From: Octopus vulgaris
Lineage: Eukaryota
Reading direction: 5' to 3'
DNA: 64,000 nucleotides
Assembly (NCBI GenBank): GCA_951406725.2
Contig: OX597832.1
Span: forward strand, 58,032,001-58,096,000
Shown: positions 51,884 to 64,000 of the stretch, in pieces
How the letters are laid out: every line of letters begins with the position of its first letter
Numbering within the stretch: the stretch's first letter is position 1
Notes under the pieces: generated by a model
Seen by the model: only the letters and a program-made list of their open reading frames with translations
Database searches by the model: none
Told to the model about the DNA's origin: nothing
Made by a program: the position numbers and the translations under genes

Positions 51884-52275
51884 AGGCGTAGGAGTGGCTG
51901 TGTGGTAAGTATTTTGCTTACCAACTACATAGTTCCGGGTTCAGTCCCACTGCGTAGCACCTTGGGCAAGTGTCTTCTACTATAGCCTCAGGCCGACCAA
52001 AGCCTTGAGAGTGGATTTGGTTGACGGAAACTGAAGGAAGCCCGTCATATATATATATATATATATATATGCTTGTGTGTCTGTGTTTGTCCCCCAACAT
52101 TCGCTTGACAACCGATACTGGTGTGTTTACGTCCCCGTAACTTAGCGCTTCGGTAAAAGAGACTGATAGAATAAGTACTAGGCTTACAAAGAATAAGTCC
52201 TGGGGTCGATTTGCTCGACTAAAGGTGGTGCTCCAGCATGGCCACAGTCATATGACTGAAACAAGTAAAAGAGTA
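51884..52275 (+). mobile_element. SINE family A copy, full length
   Basis: Near-identical to 46582-47019 apart from the microsatellite. Confidence 0.9.
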
Positions 52276-55103
52276 ATAACCCCAAAACAGTTCCATCAAG
52301 TTTGTAGTTGTAGAATTCAAAGACTAAATTGAATATTTAGTATAATTCCGGAATGTTATATTCACAAGTGGATTTGAACCCAGTGCATTAAGTTAACGAA
52401 ATGACTCGAAAACTAGTCATTGTTCTGATTCTACGTGGCACACATTCACAAAGTAGCTGAACTGAGCCTTGCTCACTGAAATCAATTGAGTACGAAACTC
52501 AGAAAGTTCGGTCTGTATCCCGATGAGTTTATTGATCCAACCAGCTGTAATTGTCAGAACACATAGACGAAGTTGAACGTTAAATATAAAATAATACATG
52601 GAACTGCAATGCGAATAAAAAGAAACAGTTGTTAAATTGCCCGTCAACAGTTATATAAATACGAAGATTGGAAACGAATAGCGTGGCTATTTGCAATGAT
52701 TTTCTTTGGTTGTTATCTATCTGTTGGTAATAATACAATGTAGACAGAGTAAAGAGAATTACGATAATACCTGTTGACAGCGAATCTAATGAGAGAGGAG
52801 CCACACAGGCGACCACATTAATCAGATCAAACGATATGATATTTGTTCTTGGGTTGTTTATCAAATTTGTCGGAACCGATGTCTGTGTTTTACTATCCAT
52901 AATTTAATCATAAGCCAATTGTGTGAGTATTCCGGAGACCGGTTTTATTGAAAATTAATTTAACTGCCGCTCTAATATACTCTGACAGTAAATTAATGAA
53001 AACAGACTTGTCAGGAAAAATGTTTCTTCTTCAACATTCTCATTGAAATCAATAATGCATTCGGTTGTTAGGAGAAACCTCTCAATATGTATTAAACCGA
53101 ACCAATAAGGGAACCTCTGTGCAGTTGCATAATTTCCTCAAAGTAGGATTCAAAGAATTTGTTAAATGAGTGTTTTAAGTGCACTTGATAGATTCGCTTT
53201 CTTTTCCTCGCTTTGTTTCGCCTTCAGAATACTCAAGAAACATTTTGTTTACAATAACCTTGAAATATCCACTCCTCTCATAGGCCGACCTTCCCTCAGT
53301 ATAAGGACTTAGGTTTTTTCGTGAACCCTTGGGACAGATAAGTCACCGGAGCTTAAGACGGTTTCCAAGATGTACAAGTGACTGAGATTACAACACGACC
53401 GTCTAAACGAAATAACGGTCCGTGGCAGGATTAACTTCCCAGATATTGGTGGAATTTAATCCGCAGCTGAATGGATTGGAAGAACGTGAAATGAAATCTT
53501 GCCGCTCGGTCCAGAAATCTTCACCACATGAAAGCGCGTGACCTAATGGTTAGGCTCTTGCACTCACGATCGCTAGATCATGAGTTCGATTCCTAGACTG
53601 AGCGTGCATAGTGTTCTTGAGCAAAACACTTCATTTCATGCTGTGTGTAGATCTATCTTTCTATGTTGCAGAAATAGCTGCGGTCCAATTAAAATCGTAT
53701 TTTTCGATATGGAAGATGCAATTTTTGGTTAAAAAAATAAAAACAAAAAGTAAACTTGCCATTTAGCACATCTTCCGCGATGCTAGCTGAGATGTTGCTG
53801 TGGTTTGCTGAAATCAATGGACTTGTTGGCAGCAGTCGGAGTTTAGGCACAGGTGGCTGGTACTTGCTCGGCAGCGGCAGGTAGGACACGATTCCCCATG
53901 ATATTCCGCATGAATAATTTTAGGACAGTTAAAATAAAGAGCATAGTGGCGTATGCGCGCTTTAGTAACACCCGACAGCTAACCACCTGAGAGGTGATAG
54001 TTGTCTTGTGATTTCCCCCCAACGACGGCGAGTACTCCACCAATTTTCTCGCTGTGTTCTCCAGAGTCTTTAGATATCCTCGATCGTTCGGCTATGCAAA
54101 TTTTAGAACGCTTTTGGCCATATCTATCTATCTATAGGAGACAGGCTTCTTTAACTTTCTATCTACCAAATCCGCTCACAAAGCATTGGTCAGGTCTACA
54201 TTAGAACACACTTGCTCAAAGTGCCACACAGTCGGATTGAACTCAAAACCATGCGTTTGAGAAGCAAGCTTCTTACCGCACACGCACGCATACATACACA
54301 CACTGTCCGATAGTCGAAAGACCCTGTTTGTTTAATTTAACTTTTTCGTATAGCCGAAAGGTTTTTATCCATTGTATATCTACAATTCTATTATGTTACG
54401 TTCGTCCGATAGTCGAATGACCCTATTTATTTGCTATTTCCTTGTGTTTGTAGATGTACATTCGTTTGCCTTGCTCAGGGCTTATTTGAGCGGATTTGCT
54501 CAGGGGCTTAATGCCTTCAGCTTAAGCTCTTGGCCCAACTGCTTTCGAGTAATATCGGAGAGGATTGGGCGAAACTACGTGGACATTCCGGACTCAGATT
54601 AAAGAAGCAATTGGCTGTGAATGATCCGTGTATGTTGTTTTGTCCTGCTTGCTGTTGTTGTGCTATCGTCCTTTTCCTGTTTGTTATATTTTGATGATAT
54701 CAGTTGTTTTTTTTTACCTTTGACACACACACAAACACACACACATATATATATACTAAAATGTATCCGTCTGATTCTGAAGGTTAGTTGGTTACGATGT
54801 GCATTTCGTAATCAAGAAGATCTTGGTGCGCATTCTTGGGACAGTGTCATTTACGATGCCTTTGTGTTGATCAGAAATTTTTGTGAGTGAAATTGGGAAA
54901 ACAGAAACTAAGTGAAAGTCTGTCGGATGGATTGAGATCGTAATTTATAGGTCAAGACGCGTCACATATTGCATCATATTGATTCGGAGTCGATAAAAAT
55001 CAAGTACCACTTTGGTATTGATTTTGAAGGTATCGACCAAACATCTTGCCCCCCAAAATTGCTGGCTTGGAAACAAAAGACTGAAACTATTAATGCCATC
55101 ATT

Positions 55104-55548
55104 AAGGCAGCGAACTGGCAGAATTGTTAGCACGCTGGACGAAATGCTTAGCGGGATTTCGTCTGTCGCTACGTTCGGAGTTCAAATTCCGCCGAGGTCG
55201 ACTTTGCCTTTCATCTTTTCGGGGTCTGGCAGAATTGTTAGCACGCTGGATGAAATGCTTAACGGGATTTCGCCCGTCGCTACGTTTCGAGTTCAAATTC
55301 CGCCGAGGTCGACTTTGCCTTTCATCTTTTCGGGGTCTGGCAGAATTGTTAGCACGCTGGATGAAATGCTTAGCAGGATTTCGTCCGTCGCTACGTTCCG
55401 AGTTCAAATTCCGCCGAGATCGACTTTACCTTTCATCGTTTCGGAGTCGATAAATTAAGTACCAGTTACACACTAGAGTCGATGTCATCGATTAATTCCC
55501 CTCCCCACAAATTTCAGGCCTCGTGCCTATAGTAGAAAGGATTATTAT
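55104..55548 (+). mobile_element. SINE family B copy with internal 111-bp triplication
   Basis: ctggcagaattgttagcacgctgga starts at 55115, 55226 and 55337. Confidence 0.9.
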
Positions 55549-55700
55549 TATTATTTTTTTTATCGGGGCGGTCAGCAGGCTGTATCATTACAGTACCAGG
55601 AAAATGATTTGCAGTATTTCTTCCGACTCCAAACATTTTGAGTCCAAATTCCACCATGGTGAACTTAGCATTTCATCACATCGAGTTCGATAAAATTAAG

Positions 55701-56714
55701 GGATCTATTCCATCTCAATCCCAGATTTTAAAATCAATCTTTTAACAGTTTGAAACTTCGAATACTGGTAGAATTTCTCACGCAGAACACGGTTTATTCT
55801 GAATGTTTTTGATAAAATTTCGTATTTTAGAAGTCATTTCGTGTTAAAGTTGCCGTATTTGGGTAATTACAATCAATCAACGATGTGTATTGGGTTGAAG
55901 AAAGCTACTACAGTTTACGATAGTAATCGAAAAGGAACAACGTCCGGGTCATCTCTACTTAATGTCACCATTCTAATCGAAGAATCAACACCAAGAAGAA
56001 AGAAATATTGTTTACATATATTTATTTGCTTGTCCGACATCGGTGTTTTATCCACACATAAAGAGCGCCGTTGTTTAAGTCTAGTTAGCTTTTTTGTTGT
56101 TGAGGTATATGTAATTTCAAAAAGCCTTATTTTACAACTGAGATGTATTGTTATTGTTATAATTTTATCTTATTATAATCAACAACACATTTCATCAATA
56201 TAAAAGTCTTTATTAGATTAAAAAAATATCATTATCAAGACATGAAGGTAAAGCAAAACAAATAGCAGCTTATACACTGGAAAATACGGTAATGGTAGTA
56301 GCAGTGACAAGTTCACGCACTAGTTGCTAGCTGATAGTGTAGAAGGGAGGGAAAGAGTAAAGAATGCACGGTGCTGGCTAGAAAGGAAGTAAGGATAAAG
56401 GTGACATCGTCTTCGCTCGCCATACGAATTGAACAGAGTGGTGACATTTAGTAGAGATGACCCTGAAGTTGTTCCTCTTTGATCAATATAGCAAACAGTA
56501 GTAGCTTTCTTCAACCGAATACACGTCGTTGATTGGTTGAAATTACCCAAATGCGACAACTTTAACACGAAATGACTTATAAAATACAAAATTTTGTCAA
56601 AAACATTCGGAGTAAACCGTGTCTTGCGTGAGAAATTCTACCAGTTTTCGAAGTTTCGAACTGCTTAGTTAAAAAAATTAATTAAAAGAATCTCATTGAG
56701 ATGGAATAAGATCC
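55701..56714. mobile_element. Non-autonomous DNA transposon with ~275-bp TIRs, GGATC termini and 8-bp TSD, inserted in a family B SINE
   Basis: 55701-~55975 is inverted relative to ~56435-56714. TSD aaattaag (55693-55700) / gaattaag (56715-56722). The SINE sequence tcgataaaattaag|caccagtc rejoins across it. Confidence 0.9.
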
Positions 56715-56949
56715 GAATTAAGCACCAGTCAAGTACTGGTGTCGATCAAACTAAAATTTCCAGCAACTGCTGTTACGTTCTGAGTTCAAATTCCGCTGAG
56801 GTTAACTTTGCCTTTCATTCTTTAGAGGTCGATTAAATAAGTACCAGTTACGCACTGGGGTCGGTGTAATCGACTTAATCCTTTTGTCTGCACTTGTTTG
56901 CCCCCTCTATGTTTAGCCCCTCTGTTATTATCATTATCATTATTATTAA

Positions 56950-57220
56950 TATTTCTCTTTATCACGGGTTTTGTTGGAGCTCCTGGAGTCTTATTTGCGT
57001 ATCGGGCTTGCTACCTGCAGTCTACGGTACCATGCTATCCATTCTTTTCAGCTATCCAATACATTCCTGATTATTCTGGCTGTGCCAAGGAGGCAAACAT
57101 TTTGTAACAGTTCTACTGGGTACTCTATTCCAATTTTCTTTATATTCCCCTTGATGCCTTCTGATACTGTTCCCAAGTACTCAACAATAACTGTCACTAT
57201 ATTCATCTTCATTTTCTATT
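56950..57220 (-). pseudogene. 3' fragment of an R4/Dong-like (restriction-like endonuclease) non-LTR retrotransposon
   Basis: Minus frame 57215-57048 reads KMKMNIVTVIVEYLGTVSEGIKGNIKKIGIEYPVELLQNVCLLGTARIIRNVLDS*, matching the clade's ...LQKxxLLGTARILRxVL C-terminus. (TAA)n-like tracts flank both sides. Confidence 0.75.
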
Positions 57221-57313
57221 ACTAATATTATTATTATTATTTGCGAGGGAAAGAGATAATTAATTTCTTCAGCCTCCAGCAAGATATGGAAACACTAAAA
57301 GACCAGAGAAGAG

Positions 57314-57365
<52 letters not shown>

Positions 57366-58345
57366 TTATAATCTTTGGTAGATGAGCGAAGAGACTAAAG
57401 TCTTGTTATCCGTCATCAAACCGGCTTTTGAATAATACAAGTAGAAAAAAAGTCATACTTTGACATCCCTCTGTGTAAATAAGTAAATATTGTATTATCT
57501 TGAATAAATGAACAGAAAGAATAGAAAAGAAGTAGCGGAGCCTGACGCCAAAAGATAAAATAAAAAAAAAAGAAAGAAAGAAAGAAAGAGAGGGTAGGGA
57601 TAGAAGAAAAGACAAAAGAAACAGAATCAGAAAGAGAAAAAAGGTGAAAAAGACTCTCAGAAACTGAAACCGGGGAAGTAAATAGCTGAAAGGTTTCTAG
57701 AGTGTAGCCTTTGTATCGAGAATTATAAGAAATTTATCAGCTTTCCTAAATGAAATTTCGCTTTATTTCACACGTGTTTGTAATTTTATCTTGGAAGGTT
57801 AGTGTCGGCTTCTCTTCTTTTTTTTTTTTAATTATTATTGTTTATTCGTTGTTTTATACTAAACAGAGGTGTTTGTTTGTTTGTCGCACTAAATAACCAA
57901 GCTCGATGTTGTTGCTATTGTGGTGGTGGTGGTGTTAGGCTGAAAATAAAAGATGTACACACACATACGCACAAACAAAAGACAAGGCCAAAGAGGTACA
58001 ATAACAATACTACGAAGAACAACACAGTCCTATACCAAAAATCAACAGACGCACACACACATATATATATATGTATACATACATGCGTACATATATATAC
58101 GTACATATACGTACACACACATTACACGTACATATACATACATACGCACAAGCACACATGTATACACACATATACGCACATATCAATTTATATATACACA
58201 TGCGTCCATCTTTCTGCGCAACCATCTATGTATGCATGGTGTGTGTATACATTGCTCCAACATGGCCACGGTCAAATGACTGAAACAAGTAAAAGTATGT
58301 ATGTATGTACATGTCAATCTATCTGTCTGTGTATGCATGTCTGTA

Positions 58346-60520
<2,175 letters not shown>

Positions 60521-61109
60521 AAATCCTTGAACGTTATTCTGCTGCTTCGACATAAACGATATCGTTTACTTTGTCAAAGAAAATACAAAGATTGAACGAA
60601 ATGTTATTTTTTCTTGGGCAATACGAACTTAAAGACAATCTATGACCGAAAATGAATTAGAATTTCGACACCAAAGATAATAGAAAAACGGTGGGAAAAT
60701 AGAAAAAAGATGAGAAATCTCCTTGGTCTTCTTTTCTTGTTCCACCTGTTTATTCCAGTTATAGGACAGCGGCCAAGCTGGGGCACAGCATCGGAGGGTT
60801 CAACAGGACAAATCGACTGCAGTTTTGTTTTTGTTTTTACGTCTGGCACTTATTCTGTCGATTTCATTTGCCGAACAGCTAGGCTACGGGGACGAATACA
60901 AACTAACACCGGTTGTCAAGCAGTGGGAGGTTTAACACACACGCGAAGTTTATGTTATAAAAGTTTACAAACGTCAGAAGATCTTTTTCCATTCAAAAGG
61001 TATTTAACCTAATATTTACATGGCGTTATTTTTATAGCTTTATCTACTTTGAGCTTAGGAACCTCCCTCTCTCTCTCTCACACAGATATATGTATATATA
61101 TATATAAAT

Positions 61110-61626
61110 TTAGATATGTTTCGATCAAAAATTGGCCCAGGCCATGTCTAACTTAATAGCACCACCTGATAGGATTATCTAAATCTTAAGTCAAGTTTTG
61201 TGGTATTATTGTCCATTCAAGTAGGGAGTTCTTGTTAAGTGAGTTGTATCCAGGTATAGGTGGCTTAGCTGGTCTTCCTTGAAGAAATTTGTCCAGATTC
61301 CACTTAAATGTAATGGGATCCTTTTCTTCTTTGATCAGTTTTGGGACAATGTTAAACAGAGCAGGGCCTGTTGAGGAAAAGAAATTGTGTCGCAGTGTAC
61401 CCATATGTTGTTATCCTTAATTAGGCAGGGGACATATGGCCGGTGGCCCTCGTTGAACCTTGAAGCTAATGTTCAGGTCATTTGGGTAATGCTGGCGGTA
61501 TATTCCCCATATCGTGAAAATGATGGACCACTCGCGGCAGTGCTGGAGAGAGTAGAGTTTCGAGGCTTTAATACGGTCCCAGTAATTTAGATCAGTCATG
61601 CCATTAATTTGTTTAGTGAATGCCCT
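61110..61626 (-). pseudogene. 3' fragment of a CR1/L2-group LINE ORF2 plus 3' UTR
   Basis: LNYWDRIKASKLYSLQHCRE (LxYxxRLxxLxLxSLxxRR pattern) and FFSSTGPALFNIVP..FKWNLDKFL..PPIPGY in adjacent minus frames. Confidence 0.75.
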
Positions 61627-62613
61627 CTGGGGTGATTCAATTTTCAGGGCCTTGAAGTTTCGCGCTGGGGTCGGTGTTATCGACTAGCCCCTTTCCCCAT
61701 CAAATTTCAAGGCCTTGTGCCTAAAGTAGAAATATTAATAATTATTTTGATGATTATGGTTGTTGTTGCTATACAGTCTCAAGTCATTTCTGATCAAAGA
61801 CGCTCCAACCGTGGCCATTGCTTTTTTTTTTATTATGTAGAAATAATATCCTTTGTTTCTTCAGTGAATTTTTTTTTTATTACATCCATTTTCGAAGGCG
61901 CTACTTAATGATTTAGCGTAGATTTGACTGCTATTTCATGTTGGTCAATGACTTGCAATTGAACGCCTGTTAGTTCGCTATCTTATATTTCTTAGATCAG
62001 TCTTGACTGAGCAGAATTATGATCGAAGTTGAAACATTCAACCACGACCCTCCTTGCAGGCATCGTGTTTTTGCTTTTCCGATGTAATTCCGCTCCCCAC
62101 TCTTATCCAATATGTATTTCCATCGTTTATCAAATGTGTCCTTCCCTTTCAAAGAAAGACAACAGAGCGTGACTTGAGAAGATTTTGTTGATATTTCATA
62201 CAGGACAAGCGACGTGTAAGTATGGACATTGTATCATTGAATAGTCTTTTTTTTTTACAGATAACTGTACTCGACTTTCTGGAGATTTCGAGAGAAAATC
62301 GATATTTGAGTCCTTTAGAAAGTAATACAGTATTAGCTGGCAAGATAACGGTTTTCACTGATAAAAATGTTTACAGAAAGATTCTAATAATTACTAGTGC
62401 TTTTGTTTCTTTATTTCTTAATTTGTGTTTTATTTACTTCTTTCGTACCGATTGAACTTGGTTTCTCTCTTTCATAGTGTTACGGATTTATGTGTGTAGA
62501 TGTACAATCCAGAATAGCATGTAGAAAAGATAACGATATTAAGTTCTTGAGCATTGGAGCAAAAGTGTTTTTTTTTAAACCCTTTACGAAAATATTCCCC
62601 TGAAAATCATAAA

Positions 62614-63406
62614 TATCACAAGATTATTGATAGAAGTTCTTGAAAAGTAGTTTTTTTTTTATCTAACACATATACTTGCGCAATATATATCCAATATGAC
62701 CTACACAAAACTAGACCGTGTTTCCTCGACCCAGGCTTCCCAGCACTACGGATTTATTCACCCAATAACATACAAACTAGACGGCGAGTTTATTTTCAAA
62801 GTAATTACCCAGTAAATGCTAACAACAGTCTCGTCTCGAAGCTATAAATTGAATTAGCTGCAAACACTTTAAAATTTCGTTATAACCACAACCGTTTACA
62901 TTCCGCCCACCATTATAAACCTTTTGATACCTCGTTATCTACATTTATTATCACAAGATTATTGATAGAAATTCTAGAAAAGTAGTTTTTTTTCTATGCA
63001 ACACCTATACTTGCGCAATATATTTCTTTATTGCCCAGAAGGGGCTAAACATATAGGGAACATTCAAGAACAGACAAACGGACTAAGTCGATTATATCGA
63101 CCCCAGTGCGTAACTGTTACTTATTTAATCGACCCCGAAATGATGAACCCATACTTGCGCAATACACAAAACTAGACCGTGTTTCCTCAACCTAGGCTTC
63201 ACATCACTACAGATTTATTCACGTAATAACATACCAACTAGTCGCTGAGTTTAGTCTCAAAATAGTTACCCAGTCAATGTTAACACTAGTCTCGTCTCTA
63301 AGCTATACATTGGATTAACAGTAAACACTTTAAAATTTCGTTATAACAACCACCGTTTACATTCCGCACACCATTCTAAACCTTTTGATATATCGTTATC
63401 TACATT
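62614..63406 (+). repeat. Tandem duplication of ~335 bp; copy 2 carries a SINE B fragment (63021-63150) bounded by a 14-bp direct repeat
   Basis: tatcacaagattattgatagaa occurs at ~62614 and ~62949. atacttgcgcaata occurs at 63007-63020 and 63151-63164. Confidence 0.85.
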
Positions 63407-63870
63407 TTTCTGAAGACTCAAGTCGAAGTACACATATGAATAGGAAATCGCTTGAAACATTACTTCATTACGAATCTCTCCCTAACAGTAATTTTGAATT
63501 AGTCTCCCTTTGCTTACATAAACGCTCTGAATAATCAAATATTATAAACTTTCCGTACTTCCTGAGAAGTAATACAAGTTTCCGAGAGTAACTTCCTTTC
63601 TAACATTGTTTACAATTTTTGTCTTCCATAATAACAGCACTGCTCAACGAAACATTTTTCATTAATTCTTTTCTTGTACATTCTATTTACGGACATTGTA
63701 CCCAGTTCTAACCTCGGAATTTACATATCTTTAGCATCCATGCCAACAACTGTGTTATACTATTTTACCTATTAGCCAATCAGGTTACTCTATTTCAAAA
63801 AAATTTGTCTAACCCTTCCATATACTGCGCGCACGTACACAGATAAATTCGTATGGTATCGAAATATCAT

Positions 63871-64000
63871 AGGCGCATGAGTGGCTGTGTGGTAAGTAGC
63901 TTGCTTACCAACCACACGGTTCCGGGTTCAGTCCCACTGCGTTGCACCTTGGGAAAGTGTCTTGTGAGTGGATTTGGTAGACGGAAACTGAAAGAAGCCT
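63871..64000 (+). mobile_element. SINE family A 5' part (runs off the window)
   Basis: aggcgcatgagtggctgtgtggtaagtagcttgcttacc... head with an internal deletion. Confidence 0.85.

Noticed and set aside
55841-56589. Two convergent ORFs with similar peptides (LKL..LGN.NQST.CI.LKKATTV)
   Set aside because: The similarity comes from the long TIRs of the MITE, not from paralogous genes.
63409-63430. ctgaagactcaagtcgaag
   Set aside because: The hairpin overlaps the core and there is no GAAA, stem III or stem I. Likely chance.

Overview
Repeat-dominated, AT-rich eukaryotic DNA, most likely intergenic or intronic. The three abundant tRNA-headed SINE families and dense (TA)n/(CA)n microsatellites point to a cephalopod, probably Octopus (inference from recognising the repeats). 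No intact host protein-coding gene is supported, and nearly all listed ORFs are microsatellite or SINE artefacts. Mobile elements found: two decayed DD34D mariner copies sharing one premature stop, several MITEs (two with GGATC ends and 8-bp TSDs), a non-autonomous Helitron, and 3' remnants of RTE-, CR1/L2- and R4/Dong-like LINEs. The most notable signal is a set of type I hammerhead ribozyme motifs. It includes a SINE-like family that joins a tRNA-like Pol III head to a minimal hammerhead and occurs as head-to-head inverted pairs at two loci. It also includes one well-formed hammerhead at 50145-50215 and a family with a variant CUGUUGA core. All structures were read by eye and none was computationally verified.
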